Source: Candidatus Hydrogenedentales bacterium (lineage in GTDB: Bacteria; Hydrogenedentota; Hydrogenedentia; Hydrogenedentales; JAEUWI01). From it: 64,000 nucleotides of DNA. A program made the translations under genes and the position numbers. A model generated the notes under the pieces. That model saw only the letters and a list, made by a program, of their open reading frames with translations. It ran no database searches and was not told the origin of the DNA. This document shows, piece after piece, positions 9,995-19,402 of this stretch. The stretch is from the NCBI GenBank assembly GCA_041859365.1, contig JBHEKR010000124.1:13388-77387 (forward strand), given 5' to 3'. Position 1 is the stretch's first letter, and the number at the start of each line of letters is the position of its first letter.

Positions 9995-10956
9995 CGGGGC
10001 ACGGTAACCGTCGTGAGCAGTTCCTGGATCACCTCTTCCACGGTCAATCCTTCAATCTCGAATTCTGGTCGTAAAACCAGGCGATGGGCCAGTACCGGTA
10101 TGGCGAGGTATTTGATATCATCCGGGGAAACGAAATCCCGCCCGCGCAGGGCCGCGTTGGCACGGCTCGCAAGCAGGAGCGCCTGTGTCGCGCGGGGTCC
10201 GGCCCCCACGAGGATGCTGCTGTAAGCGCGGGTCTTGCGCACGATGGAGACCGCATAGCGGATAATCTCCTCGCGCACGGAAACGGTTTCCATGGCCTGA
10301 CGGCACTGTACCAGCGCTTCGGCGGTCAGCACGGGGGCCACGCTCTCGTCATTGAGGACGCGCTCCGGCGCGCTGGCAGAGAGGGATCGGTAGGCCAGCA
10401 TCAATTCTTCGTTCTCTTCCGGGCAGTCCATGCGAATTTTGAGCAGGAAGCGGTCTTTCTGCGCCTCGGGAAGGGGGTAGGTGCCCTCGTATTCGATGGG
10501 GTTCTGGGTGGCAAAGACGGAGAAGTTCGGGGCCAGGGTATAGGTTTCCCGGTCGATGGTCACATTGCGCTCCTGCATGGCCTGCAAGAGGGCGCTCTGG
10601 GTCTTGGCCGGTGCGCGATTGATCTCGTCGGCCAACAGGAAGGTCGTAAAGATTGGACCTTTCACCAGCGTGAACCCGTTTTCTTTCATGTTGAATACGT
10701 TGGTTCCGATGATATCGGTGGGCATGAGGTCGGGCGTGAACTGGATACGCCCAAAATCGCACCCGAGCACTTTGGCCAGGGTCCGCACGAGTAAGGTCTT
10801 GGCGACGCCCGGCACCCCTTCAATCAGAGCGTGCTGGCCCGCAAAAATGGCCACCAGCGCATGATCCACCACCGCCTGCTGGCCGATAATGACTTTTCCG
10901 ATCTCACCGCGGGTGCGTTGCAGCACCTCATGGAGCTGTTCGATACTGTAATTCAA
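9991..10956 (-). CDS. MoxR-family AAA+ ATPase
   Basis: Walker [10 protein letters not shown], Walker [24 protein letters not shown], and [27 protein letters not shown]. 321 aa, typical MoxR length. Confidence 0.95.
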   Translation of the reverse strand: MNYSIEQLHEVLQRTRGEIGKVIIGQQAVVDHALVAIFAGQHALIEGVPGVAKTLLVRTLAKVLGCDFGRIQFTPDLMPTDIIGTNVFNMKENGFTLVKGPIFTTFLLADEINRAPAKTQSALLQAMQERNVTIDRETYTLAPNFSVFATQNPIEYEGTYPLPEAQKDRFLLKIRMDCPEENEELMLAYRSLSASAPERVLNDESVAPVLTAEALVQCRQAMETVSVREEIIRYAVSIVRKTRAYSSILVGAGPRATQALLLASRANAALRGRDFVSPDDIKYLAIPVLAHRLVLRPEFEIEGLTVEEVIQELLTTVTVPR

Positions 10957-11000
10957 GGAGTTTGTCCTTTCCCATCGGGCGGCGGCTGGCCGCTCTGCCG

Positions 11001-12359
11001 TTATCTGCGATGTAGTTCCCGAGCGATTTCATTGTACGCAGCGACCAGTTCTTCTTCCGTGCCGTACTTGCTTTCACCATTCTTCCGCGCGGCCGCAATC
11101 TGCCGGACCTGGGCAAGTTTCGGATCATGCTGAAACTGCTGGCACCATTCTCGCACGCAGGTTTCAAAAAGGTGCGCACGGGGAATGAAGCGCACCAGAA
11201 GATTGTCCAGTCCGTCCTGGTGGCTGCGCTCCGTCGCGGTTCCCGGCGTTGGGCGTGCCTGGATGTCGCTGCGGGGTATCAACGTGGTGGCATGATGCCA
11301 GACGAAGAGCGCGCCGAGGAGAATGAAGGCGAAGAGGACCCCGTGGAGGCGATAGCGCCGGATAAGGGTCATGATTCGGTCCTGCTGCTGTGTACCCAGG
11401 TGGGCCTCGCTGAAGAGAACGGTCCCGTTTCCGCCCAACAACCAGGCCAGCAATTCCGAGTTTCTGTTGTTGCGGAGGGCTTCGTTACTCAGGAAAAAGG
11501 CGTCGCTGCAAAGGACTACCGAGCCAGCGCCGACCTTGCGTTCCATCACCCCGACCCAGGACGACTCACCTTCGGCAGCGACCTTGCCGTAGATGGCGGT
11601 CCAGCCTTCGTCAGCCGGAATGAAATAAAGCCCCGAGCGCCCTTCCAGGCGCGGTTGGACGGGGAGTGCCTCGTCCAGGCGATCAAGATAGGTTTTCGCT
11701 TCGGGTTCTTCGAATCCATATTCGAAATCCCACCGTTCGGAAATATCTTCCACCGGAGGGCCAAAGTCCATACTTTGGTCCTTCGGATTCAGCTCCTCTT
11801 CTTCTTCGGGCTCATCAGTCGGCTCTTGCGCTTCTTCTGGAACTTTCGGGGCCTCCGGGGGCGTGTCTACTTCGGGCTTCGGCGCGTCTTTGTCAGGCGC
11901 TTCGCTATCCGTTGCGGGAGGCGTCGGTGTCTCATCATAATTTGTGTTTCGGTCGCGATCGCGAAGAATCTCATCCAATGCGTCGAGCGATGAATCCTCG
12001 CCGATCGGGAAGAAGGCAATAACGACTCGCCCGCCCGTGGCCGCGAATCCTTCGAGTACATCAAGCACGGGAACGGGGTCGGGCCCCACACCCGCACCGG
12101 CGATGAGCAGCGTGGCGCCTTTCCCCAAGGGGAGCTCGCTGAAGTCGCCGATGTAACGGTCGGTTTCAACGCCCTCAAGGCGATCCAGCGCATTATAAAG
12201 CGCCATCATCCCCATGGGGTCGGAGCGAAAGGTGGAGTAGGGGGCAAAGGTCGTGCCGCTTTCGCTGTTCAGGCCGAAAACATACACAAATACCGCGACA
12301 CACAGCGCGACGGTAAGCGCGCCCGAGGTCAATACGACGTTTCGTTTACTCAACCGCAT
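11001..12359 (-). CDS. DUF4350-like protein with N-terminal TM anchor and an acidic/Pro-rich insert
   Basis: The TM anchor followed by [20 protein letters not shown]...[10 protein letters not shown] resembles DUF4350. Start placed at the Met of MRLSKRNVV (12359), a 14-nt overlap with the upstream gene. The family call is from memory only. Confidence 0.65.
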   Translation of the reverse strand: MRLSKRNVVLTSGALTVALCVAVFVYVFGLNSESGTTFAPYSTFRSDPMGMMALYNALDRLEGVETDRYIGDFSELPLGKGATLLIAGAGVGPDPVPVLDVLEGFAATGGRVVIAFFPIGEDSSLDALDEILRDRDRNTNYDETPTPPATDSEAPDKDAPKPEVDTPPEAPKVPEEAQEPTDEPEEEEELNPKDQSMDFGPPVEDISERWDFEYGFEEPEAKTYLDRLDEALPVQPRLEGRSGLYFIPADEGWTAIYGKVAAEGESSWVGVMERKVGAGSVVLCSDAFFLSNEALRNNRNSELLAWLLGGNGTVLFSEAHLGTQQQDRIMTLIRRYRLHGVLFAFILLGALFVWHHATTLIPRSDIQARPTPGTATERSHQDGLDNLLVRFIPRAHLFETCVREWCQQFQHDPKLAQVRQIAAARKNGESKYGTEEELVAAYNEIARELHRR

Positions 12360-14151
12360 GGCGCAGGCGCTCCTGGTGGGCGTGCATCTGGGTGAGTACC
12401 GCGGCGTTGGCTTCGTGCTCGCCATACCACACGGATTCGTAGATCAGGGCCAGGCGTGAAAACAGCGCGGGGGCCTCGCCGAGGCTGCTGGCGCGTCGTC
12501 TCAACTCCTGATGATAGTCCATATTGGATTTGAAGCGGGCAATGCGGATGACGTCCCGTCGTGCGAGCGTGGCCAGCATGGAAAAGAACAGGGCACGGGT
12601 GGCGAGGCGGAAGTCGCCAACGTTCGCAAGCTCCTGGGCCAGGCGAAACCATTCGTCTTCGGGCAAATCGGCCGCCGTGGTGGCCTCGTCTTCCAGGTCG
12701 GGCGATTGGGCTTCCAGCGGTTTGGCGGCGACCAGTAGGGCGGGTTGCCGATTGCGATAGGATATCCAGACCAGGTACAGGGTTACCACGATCAGTACGA
12801 TTCCGATCAGGACCGTCAGAATCCGAAGCGAGGGACTAAAACCGCTGAAGAGTCCCTTCTGCGGAGCCTGGGAATCGTCGCCATCGAGCCAGTCCTTGAA
12901 ATCATCCCACTTGTCCTCCACCCACTTGATAACGGCCTTCGCGCGGTCACGCACATCCTGAGCAAAGTCGTCTATAAGCTGGAGGAGCCAGGGCAGTTCA
13001 CCTTCGGGAGGAGCTTCGCGCGGCATACGCCAGGTGTAGCGGGCCTCGTCAAGCTCTTCCTGAAGCGCGGCATCCAGGCTTGCCGCGGGTGGGGAAGTTT
13101 GAGGCTGGGCCTCTGCACTGGAGAAGGGCAGGCCAGCGACAAAGGCCAGAATCAGCAGGGCCGTGGCCGCCGCCGTACCCAGACGCCGCTTCTTCCGGAT
13201 TCGTTGGAGGCTCACCTGGAGGTCCGACCCGTTTTTTCGTGAAAGCCCATCGTGGCAGCGCAAGGTGTAGGCCGCCTTCAGAACGGGATCAAGGGCCAGA
13301 TAGGTCAGCCCGCAAATCAGCGCCGTGAACACGCTGTTGTTCGCCAGGGCCGCGGGGTTCCGTGCATAAAGGGTGTCGGCGCCGGTAAGGATGTGAAAGA
13401 ATTCGATCCCGAAGAAAACCGTTCCCCCGATGCCCAGGGTGAGCACGGTTGCGACGGGGGACAGCGGCAACATGGCCAGGAGGAAGAGGATGCCGTAAAA
13501 GGAGCCGAGGGACATGAAGAAGGACATTCCGTCCAAGCCCTGTTGGAGTCCATCGAGAACGGGGAAGGTGACGAGGTACACGATACCGCCGCCAACGACC
13601 ATGAGCGGGCTGCAGAGCCAGAGCAGGGCGTGGTTCTGGCGCGGCCAGAGGATGGCCTGACTGAAGGCGTCACGGGCCAGTTGCCGCACGGTGCCCGTTC
13701 CGCCGTTGTCGAGGAGGGTGGCGTTCTGGTACCAGGCCACTGAATAGGCCATGGGGATCAGGGTCACCATACCCACGGGATAGACCACAATGACCGTGGC
13801 ATGGATGGTCGCTTGACGACACATCGTTCGAAAGAACTGTCCGGGGTTCCACGGGGCCATTTCGCTGTCCATCAGCGTCGACTGCAAGTGCTGGCCGAAT
13901 CGAGATTGAAGCGTTTTCATCCAGACGAAAAGCAGTGCGAGAATCATGGCGCCCGTACTGGCGAAGGTGTGTGCCTCGGGGCTGTGGGTCATGGCGGACC
14001 AGTAGAAGATTGCCGCCACCAGGAATGGCAAGGTGCCGACCAGATAGAGTGCCGCAGCCACCGCGCCGGTCCGGAAGAGTAGCTGGAGGGCTTCTTCGGC
14101 CAGCAGGAGCGCGGAGTGCCAGCTCCGATTCTGGTCGCCATTTGCCGTCAA
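12346..14151 (-). CDS. polytopic membrane protein with C-terminal DUF4129-like domain
   Basis: 601 aa with about 8 predicted TM segments. After a last TM comes EDEWFRLAQELANVGDFRLATRALFFSMLATLARRDVIRIARFKSNMDY, typical of DUF4129. Confidence 0.75.
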   Translation of the reverse strand: MTANGDQNRSWHSALLLAEEALQLLFRTGAVAAALYLVGTLPFLVAAIFYWSAMTHSPEAHTFASTGAMILALLFVWMKTLQSRFGQHLQSTLMDSEMAPWNPGQFFRTMCRQATIHATVIVVYPVGMVTLIPMAYSVAWYQNATLLDNGGTGTVRQLARDAFSQAILWPRQNHALLWLCSPLMVVGGGIVYLVTFPVLDGLQQGLDGMSFFMSLGSFYGILFLLAMLPLSPVATVLTLGIGGTVFFGIEFFHILTGADTLYARNPAALANNSVFTALICGLTYLALDPVLKAAYTLRCHDGLSRKNGSDLQVSLQRIRKKRRLGTAAATALLILAFVAGLPFSSAEAQPQTSPPAASLDAALQEELDEARYTWRMPREAPPEGELPWLLQLIDDFAQDVRDRAKAVIKWVEDKWDDFKDWLDGDDSQAPQKGLFSGFSPSLRILTVLIGIVLIVVTLYLVWISYRNRQPALLVAAKPLEAQSPDLEDEATTAADLPEDEWFRLAQELANVGDFRLATRALFFSMLATLARRDVIRIARFKSNMDYHQELRRRASSLGEAPALFSRLALIYESVWYGEHEANAAVLTQMHAHQERLRHAVE

Positions 14152-14543
14152 GGCGAGCCACTCCCGCCGCTGGCACTGGACACGGTCTCAGGGACTTCCG
14201 CAGTCGTCTCCTCCGGCTCGTTCGCGTATGAATCGTCGAAGGTTTCGGATTCAATCACGTGGAATTCGGATGGAATCAGAAGGAGCGCGCGGCCAACGCC
14301 GTAGAAGGAGATCCAAAGGACGAAAAGGGCCGCGAACAGTTGAACCGTCGGTATGAATGGCCAGCGCCTGCGTTCTTTCGCGGCGTGGGTCGAAGCCAGG
14401 GCCTCGATGCATGACGCGCACAACAGTTTGTGATCGTGCTCCGTTACACATTCGCGGCAATAATGCCGGCGGCAGGATGGACAACGGGCCACGGCCTCTC
14501 GCTGACCATGGTTAAAGCACCGTGTGAGGGTCAATGAACCCAA
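14148..14543 (-). CDS. B-box-like zinc-finger protein with C-terminal TM segment
   Basis: CFNHGQREAVARCPSCRRHYCRECVTEHDHKLLCASC (Cys/His cluster) followed by the hydrophobic FIPTVQLFAALFVLWISFYGV. 4-nt overlap with the next gene. Confidence 0.65.
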   Translation of the reverse strand: MGSLTLTRCFNHGQREAVARCPSCRRHYCRECVTEHDHKLLCASCIEALASTHAAKERRRWPFIPTVQLFAALFVLWISFYGVGRALLLIPSEFHVIESETFDDSYANEPEETTAEVPETVSSASGGSGSP

Positions 14544-14570
14544 TCGCCCGTCCTTCCGTTGCGGGATATC

Positions 14571-14584
14571 CCGCGCCTCGTAAC
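14571..14584. promoter_or_regulatory. perfect 14-bp palindrome GCGGGATATCCCGC upstream of the MoxR-cluster first gene
   Basis: Read directly. It lies 28 nt upstream of the ATG at 14543 on the minus strand. Confidence 0.35.
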
Positions 14585-14883
14585 AACTATCCTACCACTC
14601 GCAGCCGATTGGTATTCATCCCGGACGTCGATGACGTATTCCGGGCCGGAATGGCGGAGCCAACTTGGGCCCGTTCCACGGAAAAGTTGTGAATCACCCA
14701 CGCGCCGCCCAGGCCGCTCCAACTATATACGCGATTGCTTGTCCCCCGCGCAATTTTTCGAGACGGCGGAACTGGACTCCCATATACGCAAGTGCCCACG
14801 AAAATCGATTTTTTGCGGTCGGTGGGACTGTGGCGCGGCCCGTCTCCACAACGTCGCGGGGCCACCTGGGTACGGGGGGCTTC

Positions 14884-15408
14884 TTATTTCTTGCGCAGGT
14901 GCTCGGGCATCACCATGCGCCGACCCGGCGCGGGCGATGTGGCGGGGGCTGCGGGCCGCTCGTTTTCACGGCGTTGTGCCCGGCGCGAGACCCGGCGATT
15001 CTCAACCGCCTCCATGACGGAATTCATATCGCTGCCCTCCTTGGACGCCAGTCGCTGCCGCAGGTCGTGGATGGCCTGGGCACATTCCCGGTCCAGGTTC
15101 ATGAGGCAACGTTGGCAGAGGCGCTTGGAAGTGCTGATGGCGGGCGCTCCGCACCGACCACAGGTCGCGTGGTTTTCCTGGGAGATATTGTCGATACGCC
15201 CTTCCCTGAGCATTCGAAGGACGCAATCCAGCCCTACGCCCGCCTCGGTGGCCACTTCCTCAGCGTTCAGATGGGACTCACGGGACAGCACGTCCTGTAT
15301 CCGGCTGAAGTCGACGTCTTCATCCGGCTGGCAGTTGGTGCAAACTTCGGATACGACTTTATTGAAGAGTTTATCGCATCGGGCGCATTTTGCGAGTCGA
15401 AAATCCAA
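14884..15408 (-). CDS. YvyF-like (TIGR03826-type) zinc-ribbon protein
   Basis: N-terminal CARCDKLF...CTNCQ and central CGRCG...CQRC zinc ribbons flank a helix-turn-helix-like stretch, as in B. subtilis YvyF as I recall it. Basic tail. Confidence 0.5.
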   Translation of the reverse strand: MDFRLAKCARCDKLFNKVVSEVCTNCQPDEDVDFSRIQDVLSRESHLNAEEVATEAGVGLDCVLRMLREGRIDNISQENHATCGRCGAPAISTSKRLCQRCLMNLDRECAQAIHDLRQRLASKEGSDMNSVMEAVENRRVSRRAQRRENERPAAPATSPAPGRRMVMPEHLRKK

Positions 15409-15469
15409 ACTTCAAGCCTCCAGAGTTCCCTGCCAGAGTATACCACCCCAAGCCCCTTTGATGCGCAGG

Positions 15470-17644
15470 CTATTTTTTAGCATGCTGGAGGACTTTTTTC
15501 AATGCGGAGACTACTTCGTGAACATTCTTGTCCGAAAGCTGAGGGTGCAGTGGGAGGGAGATGATCTCCTGAGAGGCGGCGGTGGCCACGGGACATTGCT
15601 CCGGTCTCATCCCCAGTACGTCCCGGTAGTAAGCGTGTAGATGAAGAGCATGAAAGTGCACCCCCGTACCTATATTCTCCTGACGGAGATCGAAGGCGAT
15701 TTCGTCCCGGCTCCTGGTGAGTTGATCGAGATTAAGCCGGATCATGAAAAGGTGCCAGGCGTGATCCACCTCGGGCCGAACGACCGGCAGCCGGATTTCG
15801 GGAACCTCCCTCAGGACTTCGGTATACATGCGCGCGAGACGCTGGCGAGCGGCTTTGAAGGCGGCAAATTTCTTGAGTTGCTCCACGCCTATGGCGGCAC
15901 TGACGTTGCCCATGAGGTATTTGAAACCCGGCTCGTGTACCTCCAGTGGACGTGCAATGGCGCTCCGGCCGTAGCGATCCCATGCGGTGTGGTCCAGCCC
16001 ATTCGTCGCCAGGGATCGGAGATGGGCGGCCGTTTCCGGATCCTCCACCGCAAGCATGCCGCCTTCCATGGTGGTGATATTCTTGATGGAATAGAAGCTG
16101 AAACAACCGAATTGGGCGTCGGCGCCCACGGGCACGCCCCGGTAGGACGCACCCAGCGCATGGGCCGCATCTTCGATCAGAGGAAGACCGTGGCGCGCCG
16201 CCACCGCCCTCAGGGCGTCCATATCGCAGGGGTGACCCGCGAGATGGACGGGAATTATGGCACGGGTGCGCTCGGTGATGGCGGCCTCGGCGGCTGCGGG
16301 GTCCAAATTCAGCGTCTCGGGGTCCACATCGGCGAATACGACCTTCACGCCCATGTTCAGGAGGGTGTTGCCGGTTGAGGCCCAGGTAATCGGGGGCGTG
16401 ATAACCTCATTGCCGGGTTTGATGCCCAGGTGGACCAGAGCAAGATGTATGGCCGCCGTGCAGGAGGTTACCGCAACGGTATGGCGGGCGGAGACCGTTC
16501 GGCTGAAGGCCGCCTCGAAGGCCGCGATATGGTGCCCCGAAGTCAACCAGCCACTCCGCAGGGTCTCTACGACGGCCCGTTCTTCCTCTTCACCCAGACT
16601 GGGGCGGCTGAGGGGCACGAAGCGCGCCGCCACGGGATCGCCACCCTCGGAGACGGGCGTGGCGAGGAGATGTTTGACCCGCTGCGCATTGAAGTAGGCT
16701 TCGGAAAAGGGATCGGCGTCCATGGCCTGGGTATAGTCAAGCAGTTCCCGGATGCCTTGCTCAATGGAATAGCGGCACCGGAAGCCCGGTAGCCCAATTG
16801 CCTTGTCGAAGTTGACCCGATAGGTACGGCGGTCATCGTCGTCCGTCGCCCGATCAATAACCGTGCCCGGCACCAGGGCAGCCACACGCTCCGCCAGATC
16901 GGACGCGCGGACGTTCAAGTCGTTGCATCCCAGGTTGAAGATTTCTCCACGCACGGTAGTCGCCGAAGCATTCAGGATCGCGAGGTACCCCCGTGCGGCG
17001 TCGTCTACGTGGAGGAAGGGGCGCCACTGCCGACCGCCGCCCCGGATTTCGATCCGCCCGTGGCGCTGCGCGGTTGCGGCCATCTGGTTGATGGCCAAAT
17101 CGAAGCGCATGCGGGGGGAAACCCCGAAGAGGGTTGCCGCCCGAACAACCACGGGGGCAAAGCTCTCGGAAGCCATGGCCAGAAGGCCCTCTTCGGCGGC
17201 GAGCTTGGTGCGCGCGAAGGTGGATACGGGATTGGCCGGGCTGGCTTCGTCCAGCCACTCAAAGACGCCTTGGCCGTACACCGAACAGGAGGAAGCCAGA
17301 ATAAAACGGTCAACACCGACCTGGACGCAGCCGCGGGCGAGTTCGAGGGTGCTTTCCACGTTCACATCCCAAGCCATGTCCGGATCGAGGTCGCAGGACG
17401 GGTCGTTGGCCAGCCCCGCGAGATGGATGACCGCGTTAACCCCGGAGAGTAGAGTTCCTAACTCCTGCAACCGCCGCACATCACCGTTCAGTAACTCGAC
17501 ATCGGGATGGGATTGGAGCGCGGCAAGTCCGTCGAATCCATAGCATCCGCGATCCACAATCCGAACGGCCCATCCAGCCTCCAGCAATGGGGGTACAAGC
17601 CTGCAACCGAGGTATCCCGCCCCGCCCGTAATCAGAACGCGCAT
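15470..17644 (-). CDS. fusion protein: N-terminal extended-SDR (NAD-dependent epimerase/dehydratase-like) plus C-terminal DegT/DnrJ/EryC1/StrS-type PLP aminotransferase
   Basis: N-terminal Rossmann motif VLITGGAGYLGCRL. The C-terminal half has VTSCTAAIHLAL and FSFYSIKNITTMEGGML (PLP-Lys region). Single uninterrupted 724-aa ORF. Confidence 0.88.
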   Translation of the reverse strand: MRVLITGGAGYLGCRLVPPLLEAGWAVRIVDRGCYGFDGLAALQSHPDVELLNGDVRRLQELGTLLSGVNAVIHLAGLANDPSCDLDPDMAWDVNVESTLELARGCVQVGVDRFILASSCSVYGQGVFEWLDEASPANPVSTFARTKLAAEEGLLAMASESFAPVVVRAATLFGVSPRMRFDLAINQMAATAQRHGRIEIRGGGRQWRPFLHVDDAARGYLAILNASATTVRGEIFNLGCNDLNVRASDLAERVAALVPGTVIDRATDDDDRRTYRVNFDKAIGLPGFRCRYSIEQGIRELLDYTQAMDADPFSEAYFNAQRVKHLLATPVSEGGDPVAARFVPLSRPSLGEEEERAVVETLRSGWLTSGHHIAAFEAAFSRTVSARHTVAVTSCTAAIHLALVHLGIKPGNEVITPPITWASTGNTLLNMGVKVVFADVDPETLNLDPAAAEAAITERTRAIIPVHLAGHPCDMDALRAVAARHGLPLIEDAAHALGASYRGVPVGADAQFGCFSFYSIKNITTMEGGMLAVEDPETAAHLRSLATNGLDHTAWDRYGRSAIARPLEVHEPGFKYLMGNVSAAIGVEQLKKFAAFKAARQRLARMYTEVLREVPEIRLPVVRPEVDHAWHLFMIRLNLDQLTRSRDEIAFDLRQENIGTGVHFHALHLHAYYRDVLGMRPEQCPVATAASQEIISLPLHPQLSDKNVHEVVSALKKVLQHAKK

Positions 17645-17815
17645 TCAACATCACTCCATTCCACCGTCCCGGCGCGGGGAGTATAACATCTGGCGGATAG
17701 GTCTGCCACGTGATACGAGTTTCTGTTCCGCCCGTTTTTCTGGTATGGTTTTATCCTGCGCGGCGCGCGAGGAACCCTACGGTACAATCGCGAATACAGG
17801 CACTACAGTGTATCC

Positions 17816-18691
17816 ATGAAGAACGACATTCCAAAGAGCAAATCCGAATTCAGGCAACTGGAGTTTGGTTTTGACGTCGCTGCGGCGGAAGCGCCGTGCG
17901 CGACTGGCCCGGTCAAGAGTCCGCCCGAAGCGGGTGGGGGGAGCGCCCCCTGCCGTGCCGCGGCAACGTATCAGGAGCATCGAACCGACGTGCTACAGCG
18001 CATCGCCGACGCCCTGCACCGGGAACTGACTGCGGCCACCGGGGTGGACATTCGCTTGCGAATCACCAACAACACCTCGACGATGATGAGCCTGCGCTAC
18101 GAGTCGGCGGGGCGGCGCGCCCTGGTCGGTCTGCACCACATGTTTCTGGAAGCGCCCGACGATATCCGGAAGGCCCTTTCCGCCTGGATCGTGAAGCCCA
18201 GCGCCAAGGCGCCCGGGAAGAAGCTGGAGGCCTACATCGCCGAACGGCGGCACCTGATCGCAGCGAAACCGCCAAAGTCGGTTGCCTTGCGCACCCAGGG
18301 CGAGTTCTTCGATCTCGCTGCTCTTTTCGATGAAGTTAACCAGTCGGAGTACAATGGCGCGGTTACCACGCCCATTACCTGGGGCAAGATGCCAGCCCTG
18401 AGGCGTCGGCGCTCCATTCGTTTCGGGAGCTTTTCTCCCGGTGAGGATCTCATTCGGGTCCATCCACTCCTGGATCAGGAATTTGTGCCGTTTTACTTCG
18501 TCCGTTACATCGTCTTTCATGAAATGCTGCATGCCCACATGGGGATCGAGGAAACAGCGACCGGTCGACGCAAGATTCACCCACCCGAGTTTCGGCGCCG
18601 CGAGGGGGCTTACGTGGACTATGTCCGGGCCTTGGCGTGGATGGAAGACGAGAAGAACTTGCGGCGGCTCTTGCGCACCCCGCGCGGGTGA
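17816..18691 (+). CDS. HExxH zinc-metallopeptidase-like protein (DUF45/SprT-like)
   Basis: VFHEMLHAHMG...IHPPEFRRREGAYVDYVRALAWM matches the HExxH...H..F...W pattern of DUF45/SprT-type hydrolases. Confidence 0.6.
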   Translation: MKNDIPKSKSEFRQLEFGFDVAAAEAPCATGPVKSPPEAGGGSAPCRAAATYQEHRTDVLQRIADALHRELTAATGVDIRLRITNNTSTMMSLRYESAGRRALVGLHHMFLEAPDDIRKALSAWIVKPSAKAPGKKLEAYIAERRHLIAAKPPKSVALRTQGEFFDLAALFDEVNQSEYNGAVTTPITWGKMPALRRRRSIRFGSFSPGEDLIRVHPLLDQEFVPFYFVRYIVFHEMLHAHMGIEETATGRRKIHPPEFRRREGAYVDYVRALAWMEDEKNLRRLLRTPRG

Positions 18692-18728
18692 ACGGGTCGG
18701 TGGGTCGATCCGCGGAAATTGTGCAACC

Positions 18729-19259
18729 ATGCTGAAACTATTAAAGGCCACGGCGGGCCCTTTGAAAATCCTCGTGTTCGCAGGGCTCATCGGCGGAATG
18801 TCGATGTTGGTGTCCTATTTCGTCGTGCACTCCCTCGCGAAGGGCATCGTCTCCGGAAAAAGCGTGGATCCCGCAGTGCTCCGCAGGGCGAATGTTCTGC
18901 GTGACTTCAGCAACGAACTGGTCCTCCTCTGCAATGCCTACGCCCAGAAGATTCCGGCGAATCCCACCCTCGCGTCGCCCCAGGCACGGGCATGGGTCGA
19001 GAAAGTGGCGCGTCCCGAGCTTCAATTCCTACAGCGGCGAATGGACGAAGTAATTAAGGGCGACAGCACGGAGTCCGCCCAACTGGAGGCCACCGTCGCC
19101 CGTTGCGCGGCTATGGCCCGGTATCCACAGGACGCGACGCTTCGTATGGCGGCCTTGCAGGAGGCGGCGGCGACCGTAGGCCTGATTGAGGCGTGGATCG
19201 TGTCGGAGGGTCTGGAAAAACGCCTTTCCCGTCCCGCCGTCGATTGCGAGTTTCCTTGA
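18729..19259 (+). CDS. hypothetical membrane-anchored protein
   Basis: ATG at 18729, N-terminal TM ILVFAGLIGGMSMLVSYFVV, rest helical. The longer ORF from 18441 overlaps the previous gene and is unlikely. Confidence 0.55.
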   Translation: MLKLLKATAGPLKILVFAGLIGGMSMLVSYFVVHSLAKGIVSGKSVDPAVLRRANVLRDFSNELVLLCNAYAQKIPANPTLASPQARAWVEKVARPELQFLQRRMDEVIKGDSTESAQLEATVARCAAMARYPQDATLRMAALQEAAATVGLIEAWIVSEGLEKRLSRPAVDCEFP

Positions 19260-19402
19260 AGGGGCGCACCGGGTTTGGTGCGACACAACCTTAGGGCGTA
19301 CAATAGCTTAAGAAACCAAGTCGGCAACGCGAAAGGATTTCCTGTGATGTTTTTCCCACTGGCTTGTACGGTAAGCAACTGGGAAGTGGAAAGGATGATT
19401 CT

